In this document: positions 14,748 to 25,658 of the stretch, piece after piece
How the letters are laid out: each line of letters begins with the position of its first letter
Numbering within the stretch: the stretch's first letter is position 1
Made by a program: the position numbers and the translations under genes
DNA from: Prorocentrum cordatum
Taxonomy: Eukaryota
Assembly: GCA_963575745.1 (NCBI GenBank)
Contig: CAUYUJ010000264.1
Location: forward strand, 62,001-116,088
DNA: 54,088 bases
Direction of reading: 5' to 3'
Notes under the pieces: generated by a model
The model's database searches: none
Told to the model about the DNA's origin: nothing
What the model saw: only the letters and a program-made list of their open reading frames with translations

Positions 14748-14900
14748 TCGTCGTCGTCTCGTCGTCGTCGTCGTCTTCTCCGCCTCCTCCTTCTCCGCCC
14801 TGAGCTGGGCGTTCGCCGCGCGCAGCTGCTCCACCTCCCCGAGCAGCCTCTCGACCCTCTGCTCGACATCCCTGGGCACCCGCTCGGGCAAGCTCGCCTC
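14272..14900 (-). pseudogene. Coiled-coil ORF interrupted by a (GTC)n expansion
   Basis: VEQRVERLLGEVEQLRAANAQLRAEK (~14775-14890) and ARHLALQIDMRDVELDRAAELLGV (14272-14634) lie in different frames across the (GTC)n tract at 14643-14775. Confidence 0.4.
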
Positions 14901-15448
14901 ATTCGTCGCCGTCTTCGTCGCCGTCGTCGCATCGTCGTCGTCGTCTCGTCGTCGTGCGCGGCCGCCTTCGGCCAGCTCGAGGCGCGCTTGCGCGCGGCCG
15001 CCAGGGGCAGCATCGCGCCTGCCCCGCGCGCGAGCCCCTGCAAGGGGCAGCAGCGCGCCTGCACAAAGCTGAGCGGCTGCGCGCCGCGCGCAGTGATCTT
15101 ATTTTCCTCCTCCCACCCCCCGCCCATCTTCCAGCGATCGATACCGCTATCCTCCCTCCTCCGCCACCTCCTCCTCCTCCTCTTCCTCCCCCAAGCGATC
15201 GACATCGCTTCGCCTCGCCCAGCGATCGGCATCGCTCGATCTGCTTTTTCGTCCCCCCCTCCTTCCAGCGATCGGCATCGTTTTCCCCCTCCCCCTCCTC
15301 CTCCTCCTCCTCCTCATCCTCCTCCTCCTCCTCCTCCTCCTCCTCTCATCTCCTCACCCAAGCGATCGGCATCGCTTCACCTCACCCAGCGATCGACATC
15401 GCTCCCACACACACACACCGCGGCGCGGCGCATGTTTCCATCTGTTTC

Positions 15449-17485
15449 TCAGCGCGCGTGCGCGATGACATAGTCGCCGTTGCTCTTCGCGCGCCACGCC
15501 CAGACAGCGCCATCCAGGTCAGCATCGGACATCTTGATGACGAGGAGCTCGTTCACCACGCTGCCAGTGCTGAGGCCGCACGCGCCCGTTGAGATCTCGA
15601 TCCCGCGGGCGACGATGTGCAGTTCGCCAGAAATCTCCGCGCACGCGTCGATGATAAACACCTCGCCGCCGCGCGAGCGAACCACCTGGCCCACGTTGTA
15701 GGCGTTCCCTTCCCAGCGCAGCCCCCTGGCCACGGAGACGTCGGCGGCCCCGACTACGGAGCGCAACCCGTCAGATTCGGCACGCGCTCCCACCGGCGAG
15801 TTGCCCGTCGGCCCCATCTTCTCGAGTTGCCGCACTTGCTGCAATACGCAGCCCGCGAGCGTCGTGGCCTCCATGCGCGCGGTGTTCTCCACTGGTTCGG
15901 CCACCGCCTTTGCCGCCTTATTGTGGCGCTCCGTCACGAAGCAGTCGAGCTCTTTCGGCTCCTGCTCCGCGTTGTGAAACACGTAGTGGTGTTTGGGCCT
16001 CACGTATTTGGTGCCGCACGCCTGCTCGTGCAAGTTGAGATGGACTTCAGCCGCTGCAACGAAGTCACTGCGAGGGGGGGCACGCCCGCGCTTGACCTTC
16101 AGGAACGCGTCCGCCAGCAGGCCGCGCGCCCGAAGGGGCGCTATTTCGCGCTCGAGCGACCCGATGCGGACGGCGCGCTCCTCGGCGAACGCCAGAAGGA
16201 CGAAGAAAGTCGAGATCAGCTCGCTGGCGCCTGCTTTGAATGATTTCTTGCGCGCGGTCTCGTGCCCAGGCGTGAACATATGTTTTGCCGTTCTGCCGTG
16301 CGACCTCGGGAACTGCCAGCGCCGCGTGAACGCGTGAAGCTCGGGCCATCCGATGCCAGCTTTTCTCTGGCACGCCTTCGCAAACGCGAACACCTCCCAG
16401 CCAACGGTGCCATTGCTCCATAGGTTGTGCATGCGGTCATAGGTCATGGCGGACGGCTTCACTATCGCCCGCAATTCCTTATCCTCCAGCAAGCCATTGG
16501 GATGGTAGTTGAAGCCGCTGGCTTTGTCGAGCTTCTGGAAGTTGCCCTTCGCCATGTGGCCAGGCTGTCCCGCGGTCGCCGCCGCTGCGGCGAGGTCGTC
16601 CCGCAGTTTCCACACGTCGGCGCCTGAATGACGTTCGAAGCGCGCGTGCTCGTGACAACAGGTCTCGACGAAATAGCCGCCGTCGCCGTCGACGGAACCG
16701 CCCTTCAAGATCACGTTCCTGCATCGCAAGCAAGGCCTCCAGCCGTTGGCACCCCGCAAACGCAAAATGCCTTTGAGCGCATCCATGTCTGCGAGTAGAT
16801 TGGAGAGGCGCGCCCGCACCAGCATCGGAGTGCCGTTGGCCAGCTCCACGCGCGCGCCAGCTCCCGCGAGCCTGGAGGATCCGAAGAACATCTCCTTGAT
16901 GAGGAGTCGAGTGGCACAGGAGATGCCGCCGTCCACGCGATTGCTCGCTTTCGTTCGCAGACGCCCCAGCGGTAGCCACAGCTCTTCCCTCCATAGCATA
17001 TCAGCCCCGAACTCCAGGAATGTGAAGAAGATCATCCAGAACTTCCGATCGTGCCTCAGGGCCAGCGCGTCGCCTGGCGTCACTTCGTCCATGTACAGCA
17101 CCAGCGAGAGCGGCGCGCCGCGGACGCGGTTCGCGACCACCGCGAGAAGCTCACTGTACACGGGGCTGGCCTTGCAAACATACCGCGGGAGCTTGTCGAT
17201 TCTGGCGAGCTTCCAAGCGAAGGGCGGCTCGTTATCTTGCATGGGCAATTCGATTGTCGCCCCGACGTCATCGAATACGCCCTCAATGGTGGATTGGACC
17301 GCGTTAGCCGTCAGCTCTTGCGCATGGCCAGGCTCCGCGAGCTTCTTTGCGATGCGAACGAGGGCCTTGCCAGATACGCCATGCGTAGCGATGGCATCGG
17401 ATAGCCGACGCCGCTTGGCCGCCCGGGGTCGCGGACATCGGATACCCGACTCCGCTTCGGGGCCATCGCGCCGCCGCTTGGGCAT
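15449..17485 (-). CDS. DDE transposase, CACTA/EnSpm (CMC: CACTA-Mirage-Chapaev)-like, ~678 aa
   Basis: Uninterrupted ORF with motifs in CMC/TnpD order: LVLYMDEVTPG (D1), LLADMDA (D2), GANGWRPCLRC (CxxC), YDRMHNLWSNG, RPKHHYVFH and CFVTERHNK (E). ATG at 17485 (MPKRRR, NLS-like). Confidence 0.8.
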   Translation of the reverse strand: MPKRRRDGPEAESGIRCPRPRAAKRRRLSDAIATHGVSGKALVRIAKKLAEPGHAQELTANAVQSTIEGVFDDVGATIELPMQDNEPPFAWKLARIDKLPRYVCKASPVYSELLAVVANRVRGAPLSLVLYMDEVTPGDALALRHDRKFWMIFFTFLEFGADMLWREELWLPLGRLRTKASNRVDGGISCATRLLIKEMFFGSSRLAGAGARVELANGTPMLVRARLSNLLADMDALKGILRLRGANGWRPCLRCRNVILKGGSVDGDGGYFVETCCHEHARFERHSGADVWKLRDDLAAAAATAGQPGHMAKGNFQKLDKASGFNYHPNGLLEDKELRAIVKPSAMTYDRMHNLWSNGTVGWEVFAFAKACQRKAGIGWPELHAFTRRWQFPRSHGRTAKHMFTPGHETARKKSFKAGASELISTFFVLLAFAEERAVRIGSLEREIAPLRARGLLADAFLKVKRGRAPPRSDFVAAAEVHLNLHEQACGTKYVRPKHHYVFHNAEQEPKELDCFVTERHNKAAKAVAEPVENTARMEATTLAGCVLQQVRQLEKMGPTGNSPVGARAESDGLRSVVGAADVSVARGLRWEGNAYNVGQVVRSRGGEVFIIDACAEISGELHIVARGIEISTGACGLSTGSVVNELLVIKMSDADLDGAVWAWRAKSNGDYVIAHAR

Positions 17486-17590
17486 CGCGCCGCCGCTTGG
17501 CCACGAGCGACGCGCGTCACTCGCGAGTCGAGCCGAAACGGCTGAGCAACTAGCCCTCATCGCGAGCCCATCTTCGCCAACGCCCGCCCG

Positions 17591-17812
17591 AGCGATCGCC
17601 ATCGCTTCACCCCAGCGATCCCCATCGCTCCCCTCCCCCTAAGCGATCGCCATCGCTTCGCCCCAGCGATCCCCATCGCTCCCCTCTCCCTAAGCGATCG
17701 CCATCGCTTCGCCCCAGCGATCCCCATCGCTCCCCTCTCCACAAGCGATCGCCATCGCTTCGCCCCAGCGATCCCCATCGCTCCCCTCTCCCCTAGCGAT
17801 CGCCATCGCTGC
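17591..17812. repeat. Tandem array of AGCGATCGCCATCGCT / AGCGATCCCCATCGCT palindromes
   Basis: About 9 alternating copies in a ~51 bp period, directly upstream of the transposase. Confidence 0.9.
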
Positions 17813-17952
17813 CCCCTCACCCACTCTCATTTTCGTTTTTTGTACACATGTGCGCCGCCAGCTACTCAGCGGGGCGGCGAGCGGCGTCAAAGCCTGCTGC
17901 TACCGCGCGGCCGCGCGCTGACCCCAGCGCCGTAGCTGATGGCGGCGGGCCC

Positions 17953-20722
17953 TCACGAGGACTTCGCAGTCACAAGGTACGCCTTGGCCATCGACATCAC
18001 CAGAGTGCTTTGCGCCGCCGCCTGCGTCGACATGTCGCTGACCCCCTGGGCGGACCGAGTGAACTCCGAAGGTGCGACCTTGCCACTGCTGACTTTGGGC
18101 GACCTTCTTCATCTTGGTCAGCGTGTCCATGAGCTTTTTCGCGTGAACCAGCGTAGCCTCGGGAATCTTCCCGACCCCGTCGCACTTGAGCGCCGACTCG
18201 AGCTTGTACATGGGCGCCACGACCCTGCTCAGGGTACGCGTGGCCAGGAGCTTCTGCTGCTGCGCCTCCTTGTCTTTCTTACTCTGCTCTTTCTTCTCCT
18301 GCTTCTCGCGCGCCGCGCGCTCCTTGGCGGTCTCGCCGACGCGCGGGTGCGCAGGCGACGGGCTCCCCGAGTCGCTGTCGCTGCCGCTCTGCGAGGAGCT
18401 GGTCGGTGGCTTCTGCTTCTTCATCTTCTTTGTCGAAGATTCGGCTGCCCCTTCGTTCGCCCGCTTCTTGCCCTTGGTCTTGCCATCGACCTTGGCATTG
18501 CTCTTGTCCTTATCATGTTTCTTGCCCTTGCTCTTGTCCTTGCCATCGGCCTTGTCATCGGTTTTGTCCTTGTCTTTTTTCGTGGCCTTATGATTGCCCT
18601 TATCTTTATCAGGGCCATTGCTCTTGGACTTGTCATTGTTCGCCTTCTTGTCCTTATCATTCTCCTTATATTTATCTTTGCCCTTGCTCTTGTCCTTATC
18701 ATTGCCCTCACCAGCGTCCTTATCTTTATCGGCGCCCTTGCTCTTGGCCTTGACCTTTTCCTTGTCTTTATCCTTATCCTTAGCCTTGTCTTTGCCATTG
18801 CTCTTGGACTTGTCATTGTCCTTATTCTTGTCCTTATCTTTATCGGTGTCCTTTGTCTTGGACTTTCCCTTGTCCTTATCAGCGTCCTTATCTTTATCGG
18901 CGGCCTTGCTCTTGGACTTGTCCTTCTCCTTATCCTTGTCCTTTGACTTTCCCTTGTCCTTAGAGCTCTTGCCCTTGGGCTTTTCCTTGCTCTGTTTTTT
19001 TTTTCTGGTCTGGGGGGGGGGGGCGTGCCGTCGTCGCTGCTCTCATCGTTTAATCCGCCAGAAGGAGTCACTGGAGGCGGCTGTCCGCCGCACGACCCGT
19101 CGCCGTCCCCCATGGAGTCCTCGCCCGAGGTCTCGAGGCCAAAACTGTCCGAGTCATCGCTGCCACTCTGCAACTGTTCCGAGCCCTCGGTGCTGTCGGA
19201 GTCCTCGGCATCATCGACATCAGCGGTGCTGTCGGGGTCCTCGGCGCTCTCCTCCTCGCCCTCCTCGGCGCTGTCGTCGGCGCTCTCGGCCCCCGCTTGC
19301 GCGGATGCGGGCGTCTTTCTGGTGCAGGGCTCCTTGTCGTCTGAGCCTGAAGCCTCGAGCCCGTCTTCGGCCTCGGTTGCGCGCGATGCCCCATACTCAT
19401 TCTCACGCCGCGCGATGTTGGCCTCCCACTTCTCGATCTCGTGGATGTCCACCTTGTAGCGCAACCCCATCACGGCATGGTTCAACGTGTCAGTGCACGT
19501 CTTCTTGATCCTTTTCCACGGGAAGCCTTGCCTCTTGTACCAGCTCAGCGGGTAGTAGCCGCCTCTCTTGCCCGCCCGCGTCCCTTTCTCGCGGATCGCC
19601 TTCAGGGTCGCCTGGGCCATGGCCTTGACGCCTGAGTGGCCGCTGCAGGCGCGGATCTTCGTCCAGAACTCGACCCTCTCCTCAATGCTGAAGTCCTGCA
19701 GCTTCGAGGCCATCTCCTTCCACTCGGGCGCCCGATTCGCTTGCGCCCCCCGCGTGCTGCACAACGCGCACCTGTAGATCTGGCCCTTCTTCGTCATCCG
19801 CACTGGGTAGGCCTTCATGACGTCGCACGGCTGGTCGCACCTGTCGCAGAGGAACTCGTTCTCGACGGCTTCGAGCGAGAGCGGTGCTGCGCGCTTGACA
19901 GGCGAGCTGAGCGCCGCGAACGATCCGACTCGAAACTTCGGCGAGGCGCCTGCCGTCGGCTCCTCGCCCATGCCCGCCGACGCCTGGGACTCGGCGTCCG
20001 AGGTGCACCTTCGCGGACGAGACGGCGGCGACGAAAACGCTTGCACCATCGCCTTCATCTTCGCCTTCGCCTTCGCCTTCGCCTTGCCCACCTGCAGCGC
20101 CCCATCGCCGTCCTTCGGCGAGGGCGCACTCTCGCCGAGCCTCAGGGTGGGCACACCACCGCTCGCCTTCGCCCTCGAAGTGGGCTGCATCCACTTCGCG
20201 ATGTCGGCGAACTTGGGCGGCGCCTTCTTGGCTGCGGCCACTGCCATTGCCTTCTCCTTTGCCGCGGCCTTGGCCTTCACCTTGGCCTTGGCCTTGGGCG
20301 GCGGGCCCTTCGGGCCTGCGTACTTCGCCCTGACCTTCTTCGGCGTGCGCCTGCGTCTGGCGGCGGCTGGCCTCCTCATCGGCCCCCCCCTCGGCCGCAT
20401 CCTCGCCTTCCTCAGCATCCACCTCCTCTCCCTTGGGCGCCTCCGCCTCCGCGGCTCCGCCCCCCTCGGCCGCCTCCTCGCCTTCCTCAGCCGCCACCTC
20501 CTCTTTCTCGGGCGCCTCCGCCTCCGCGGCTCCGCCCCCCGCGGCCGTCGCGCCCTCGAGACCGAGATCCCCCACGAGAGCGTCCATCAGCCCGGCGCCC
20601 TCGGGGACGCTTGCGCCCGCGGCGCCTGCCAACTGCAACGTCGCCTGGCTGTCCTCGCTCGCCGCCGCCTCATCGAACGCACCGGCCAGCGCGCCGCCGC
20701 TTCCCGCGGCCATCGCGGCCAT
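17953..20722 (-). pseudogene. Large element protein with CxxC..CxxC Zn finger and K/D-rich repeat; frameshifted at homopolymers
   Basis: An acidic N-terminus (ORF 19682-20731) joins ORF 18421-20418 at the C-run near 20385. The core reads FLCDRCDQPC...YRCALC...FW...GGYYPLSWYKRQGF. It shifts at the T/G runs near 19000 into a KDKDKSK repeat frame continuous with MKKQK (17900-18424). A probable last shift lies near 18090. Confidence 0.55.
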
Positions 20723-20895
20723 CGCTCGCAACGCCCCGCGACCGTTGGCGGTGCGCTCTGATCACCGATAGTCGAGCGACCTCGGTCGCTGGCTCTTGAG
20801 CCGCGCATGTTGCGTAGTGCCGCTATCAGGTAAGCTACGCGCGCCAGCGATCAGCATCGCTCGGGGAGACAGCGATGAGCATCGCTCGATGTCGA

Positions 20896-21255
20896 TACTT
20901 ACTCGAATAAGTGGCATAACTATCGTAAGTGGCAACCAATGTTATCCTTTTGTTATCCTTTTGTTATCCTTTGTTATCCTTTGTTATCCTGCTCACTGGG
21001 TCAGTTAGGATAACATGTTATCCTATCTGACCCAGTGTTATCCTGGGTCAGTTAGGATAACAAAAGGATAGCACTGGGTAGGTTAGGATAACATGTTATC
21101 CTAACTGACCCAGTGTTATCCTTTTGTTATCCTTTTGTTATCCTAACTGACCCAGTGACCAGGATAACAAAGGATAACAAAGGATAACAAAAGGATAACA
21201 CAAGGATAACATTGGTTGCCACTGGCGATAGTTACGGTACTTACCAGGGTAACTA
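20896..21255. repeat. ~360 bp foldback (long inverted repeat) built from GTTATCCT(T) units
   Basis: The left arm TAACTATCGTAAGTGGCAACCAATGTTATCCTT matches the reverse complement of the right arm AAGGATAACATTGGTTGCCACTGGCGATAGTTA. The interior holds GTTATCC/GGATAAC and TGACCCAGT/ACTGGGTCA repeats. Confidence 0.9.
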
Positions 21256-21992
21256 CCCCCCCACGCGATCACCATCGCTGCCTCTCCTGCTCATTATCCT
21301 CATTCTTCCCTCAAGCGATCGGCATCGCTACCTCCCCCAAGCGATCACCATCGCTTCCCCTCCCTCTCATCATCCTCATTCTTCCCCAAGCGATCGACAT
21401 CGCTACCTCCCTCAAGCGATCGCAATCGCTCCCCCTGTTCCTCATTCTCCCCCAGCGATCGGCATCGCGATCCACCTTCCCCCACCCCGCCCCACCCCCG
21501 CCACCCCCCACCCCCCAGCGATCGACATCGCTATCCTCCTCATCCTCCCTCTACTTCTCCTCCTCCTCCTCCCCCCAGCGATCGGCATTGCTATCCCCCC
21601 TCACCCCCAGCGATCGACATCGGTATCCTTCTCCTCCTCCTCCTCCTTCGTCTCCTCCCCCCAGCGATCGACATCGCTATCCCCTCTCCCCCAGCGATCG
21701 ACATCGCTATCCTCCTCCTCCTTCTTATCCTCCTCCAAGCGATCGACATCGCTACCCCCCACCCCCCACCCAGCGATCGACATCGCTATCATCCTCATTC
21801 TCCTGCTCCTTCTCCTCATTTCATATTCATAAGCATGCGGCGGCGCGATCCGCGGCCGCGGCCGCAGGCGGCGAACGCCACAGAGCGCCAGCGACCCGCG
21901 ACGAAGATGATGTCGGGCTCCAGGGTCGCCTCCCACATGTCGCTGAGAAGCGCCAGAGCCCGCTGAGCAGCGCCAAAGCCCGCTGCCACTGT

Positions 21993-22955
21993 TCAGAGGA
22001 GGGGCACCGACGCGCCCATCGTCTCGGCGACCTGCTCCCTCGCCGCCCTCAGGGACGCCTCCTCCTGCTCGAACGCCTGAGACGCCTTGAGGCACGTCTC
22101 CTTCGCCACCTTGGCGCAGCGCTCCGCCCGCTTCAGGCAGTCCATGAGCGCATCGGCCCGCGCCTTGCTGAGCCTGAACTCGGTCTCGGGGGGCACGTCG
22201 GGCAGCGAGACGTCTCCTGTCATGGGCGCCATGATCAGGTTCATCGCCGCGGGCGCCGCGGACGGCGCAGCCTTCCCCGTCAGGCCTGCAGCCGATTGCA
22301 CCCGCAACTGCATATGCTGCTGTAGCTGCTGCTGCTGCTGTATATGCTGCTGCTGCTGCCGCATCTGCTGCTGCTGCTGCTGCAGCTGCTCCGCCGTCTG
22401 CTGCAGCTTGTGCGCCGCCGCAGTCGCCGCGCTGGCCGCCGCCGCGGGGGCGCGGTCGTCTCCGCGGCCGCGGGGCGGCGTGCGCGGCGCGGGGCGGCTG
22501 CGGTGGCTGCGGTGGCTGCGGCTGCGGCTGCGCCTGCGCGCAGGCGATCGCGCGCGGCGATCGCGCCCGCGACTGCTGGCGGCCCCTGCGCTGGCGGCGG
22601 CCGCGGCGGCGGCCCCTGCGCTGGCGGCGGGCGCCGTCTTGTAGGGGTTGGCCGCGGTTGCCGCCGCCTTCTCGGCCTGGTGCTTCTTCCACGCCGCCAC
22701 CTCGCTGTCGCTGAGGCGCTCCTCGCTGGCGTCGTCGAGGAGGCGGTTGATCTCCTCTAAGTTGGGCCCGCTCGCCGTCTTGAGGAACTTGTGGCTCTCC
22801 GCCGTCGGCGTCGCCAAGTGGTTGAAGAGCCACTCCAAGCACTCCGCGTGGCTCTCCTTGTAGCACCTGGCCTTGCAGTTGCTGACGGGGCAGCCGACCG
22901 TGCGCCACTCCTCCTCTGTCTTGGCTGGGCAGGCTGCCGCGACGTCGGACGACAT
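21993..22955 (-). CDS. Hypothetical protein with N-terminal C/H-rich (C2H2-like) motif, RS tract, poly-Q and coiled coil
   Basis: ATG at 22955 (MSSDVAAAC). GCPVSNCKARC..SHAECLEWLFNHL....SH; RRRSRSRSH; QQQQ; C-terminal heptads. Confidence 0.6.
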   Translation of the reverse strand: MSSDVAAACPAKTEEEWRTVGCPVSNCKARCYKESHAECLEWLFNHLATPTAESHKFLKTASGPNLEEINRLLDDASEERLSDSEVAAWKKHQAEKAAATAANPYKTAPAASAGAAAAAAASAGAASSRGRDRRARSPARRRSRSRSHRSHRSRPAPRTPPRGRGDDRAPAAAASAATAAAHKLQQTAEQLQQQQQQMRQQQQHIQQQQQLQQHMQLRVQSAAGLTGKAAPSAAPAAMNLIMAPMTGDVSLPDVPPETEFRLSKARADALMDCLKRAERCAKVAKETCLKASQAFEQEEASLRAAREQVAETMGASVPLL

Positions 22956-23796
22956 GGTCGGTGCTGGCGACGGAGCTGGCGTCGGCGCTGACGACGGCGC
23001 CCGCGTCGGCGCTGGCGTCGGCGCGGGCGGGCGCCGATGGAGACACGCTCCGCTGGGCGCGGATGGCGGGCGCAGAGGCGAGCCGCTCCGATGGGCGCGC
23101 CACGCGTGGAGTCGACAATGGCCATGCAATGCGCGCAATGATGCGTGCAATGTGAGCACAAGGCCAGCGATCGGAATCGCTCCCCCACCCAATTTTGTCG
23201 TCGTCGGCCGTCGCCTTTGTCAGTCGTCGCCAGAAGTCGTCACATCCCCTCAGCCAGCGATCGTAATCGCGATCCCCATCCTCACATCCCCATCCTCACA
23301 TCCCCATCCACACATCGTAAGCGTTAGTCGTCGGTCCTCATCCTCACATCCCTTCAGCGACACCTCCCATCCCCTCAGCGATCGTAATCGCTATTGCACA
23401 CACAAGCGATCGTAATCGCTATTGCACACGCAAGCGATCGTAATCGCTATTGCAAACAATCTCTGCGCGCACACAAGAGATCGTTTTGCCGCAGCGCCTG
23501 GAGCAGCAAGCGCATGCAGATCGCTTATGCGCGCCCAAGGCGCGAAGAGGCGCCGCGCCCCACGGCTTCGCAGCGCCTGAAGCAGCAAGCGCAGCGGAGA
23601 GGTGCCAGCGCAAGCGCCAGCGCCAGCGCGAAGAGGGCGCGACGGCGCCGCGCCTCTCGGCTGCGCGCCATGGCGCGGAGAGGGCGCCGCTCCAGCGGCC
23701 AGCGCCAGCGGCCAGCGCGAAGCTCCAGCGGCCAGCGCCAGCGCGCCGCGCCTGCAGCGCAGGCGCCAGCGGCGCCGCGCCAGGGCGCCGCGCGCC

Positions 23797-25095
23797 TCAC
23801 GTCAGCCGCGACGGCGGCGGGACGGCGGCGGGGGCGCCTCTGCGCCACGGCGGCAGCGGCGCTGTCGATGGCCTCGGCGCTGCCCCTGGCGTCGGCGCCG
23901 TTGCCAGCGGGCGCGCGGGTGACGCAATGCGCGGGCGCGCCACGCGCGGCGCCGCGGGCGGGGGCGGCCCCGCGGGGGGAGGAGCCAGGGAATCGCCCCT
24001 GCCGCCGCCCTTGCCGCCGCCCTTGACGCCGCTGCGGGGGTCGGGGCGCGACCCAGCGGGGGCCTTGCCTGGCGCGCCGCCGCCGTACTTCTTCGCGAAG
24101 TACTCCCTGTTCCCCCCCCCGCGGTTGGCCCACTGCTTGGTGTTGACGCGGCACCGCTGGCCGCGCCACGTCTCGGGCCCCCCCTCGGCTGGAGCCGCAG
24201 GGCCGCGCTGCCACCAAGGCAAGCCGAGGGCCTTCGCCGCCGCAGCCTCACCGCGCAGGTCGGCGACCTGCTCCTGGGTGTAGCCCGCCCCCTGGCCAGC
24301 CGCGCGCTCCTCGTAGACCCTCGCCCACGCCGCCTCGGCCATGACCTTAGGGGGGGGCGGCGCGAAAGGGCGCGCCCTCTCGGGCGGCACCCGAGGCCAT
24401 TGCGACCCCTTGGCGCGCGGGTCGGAGGCGCGCGGGCTGCGGCTCCGCGAGCGCTCCGCGGCCGTCGGCGCGGGCGCCACCGCGGCTGGCGGCGCGGGAG
24501 CCGCCGCGGCCGCTGACTCCTCGGCCGCCGCAGCCGCTGCCGCCTGCTGGGCCCGAGCCCAATCGCGGCGCGAGACGTGCGGCCGCGGCGCGCTGAGCGA
24601 CAGCGACGCCGACGTGCAGCCCGACTGGCCGCCCGACGAGCGGCTGTCGCGAGGCGCGCTGTGATCGCGCGCCTGCGGCGAGGGCGCGATCTCGACGGGG
24701 GGCACCTCCTCGCGAGGCCCCGCCTCCTCCTCCTCCGCCGCCGCCTGCTCCTCCGCCGCCGCCGCCGCCGCGTGCTCCTCGACCTCCGCGCCCTCCTCGC
24801 CTGGCGACGCCGCAATCTCCAGGAACACTGTGGCGTCTGACGCATCGTGCGTCTCGACCTCCGCACCCGCCTCGGGCGCCTCCTCCTGCTCCTTCTCGGC
24901 GGCCTCGGTCAAAGGAGACTCATGCTCCTCCGCGGCCTCGGGCGGCGCCTCCCCCCCGTGCTCCTCCGCGGCCTCGGGCGGCGCCTCCTCATGAGCAGCC
25001 AACGCCGCGTTTGCGAAGACGTCCGCGGCCTCGTTCGCGAAGGCGAAGAACTCCTCGGCGGCATCGCGACGGCCGCGGCCGTGGGGCGGCGCCAT
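23797..25095 (-). CDS. Hypothetical protein: acidic/Ala-rich N-terminus plus W/G/R-rich conserved block
   Basis: ATG at 25095 (MAPPHGRGRR). Non-repetitive block LGLPWWQRGP..GGPETWRGQRCRVNTKQWANRGGGNREYF. The 3' end is uncertain. Confidence 0.55.
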   Translation of the reverse strand: MAPPHGRGRRDAAEEFFAFANEAADVFANAALAAHEEAPPEAAEEHGGEAPPEAAEEHESPLTEAAEKEQEEAPEAGAEVETHDASDATVFLEIAASPGEEGAEVEEHAAAAAAEEQAAAEEEEAGPREEVPPVEIAPSPQARDHSAPRDSRSSGGQSGCTSASLSLSAPRPHVSRRDWARAQQAAAAAAAEESAAAAAPAPPAAVAPAPTAAERSRSRSPRASDPRAKGSQWPRVPPERARPFAPPPPKVMAEAAWARVYEERAAGQGAGYTQEQVADLRGEAAAAKALGLPWWQRGPAAPAEGGPETWRGQRCRVNTKQWANRGGGNREYFAKKYGGGAPGKAPAGSRPDPRSGVKGGGKGGGRGDSLAPPPAGPPPPAAPRVARPRIASPARPLATAPTPGAAPRPSTAPLPPWRRGAPAAVPPPSRLT

Positions 25096-25658
25096 GGAGG
25101 CGCTGGTGCAGGCGCAGGTGTAGGCGCTGGGCCTGGTGTAGGCGCTGGCGCGCCACCTGCTGGGCCCCAAATGGCTAGTGTGATGCAGAGAAATGATGTG
25201 CGCAATGTGCGCACATGCCCAGCGATCGCCATCGCTCCTCCGCCTCTTGCTCTTCCACCTCATCCACCTCCACTCCCATCACCACATCCACTCTAGCTTC
25301 GCCATCCTCCAAGCGACAGCTGCAATTCCAAGCGATCGCCATCGCTGAAATCCCCAAGCGATCGCCATCGCTGCAATCTGCACTCGCTGCAAACTAATCT
25401 ACCATCCCTGCAACCACAATCGATCATCATCGCTGCCCTGCCCAGCCGACCTCAAGCGATCCCCATCGCTGTCCTGCAACTCCATCCCTGCACCCCCCAA
25501 GCAACCATCCCTACACCAAGCGATCATCATCGCTGCCCCTCCTCCACCACTCCCTATTCATAGCCATCCTCGGCTACCTAGTCGTGTGCGAGCACACGCA
25601 TGCATGCTGCGTCGTCGCAGCGCCCGTGCGAATTCGCCAGATCAGGCGCAGCTGCCGA

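Noticed and set aside
12877..15072. 731-aa plus-strand ORF and similar long overlapping ORFs at 19636, 21601 and 23802
   Set aside because: They are GC-rich stop-poor frames antisense to, or out of frame with, more protein-like minus-strand ORFs, and they run through repeats.
17939..18946. Plus-strand multi-pass membrane protein ORF
   Set aside because: It is the antisense shadow of the minus-strand KDKDKSK repeat region.
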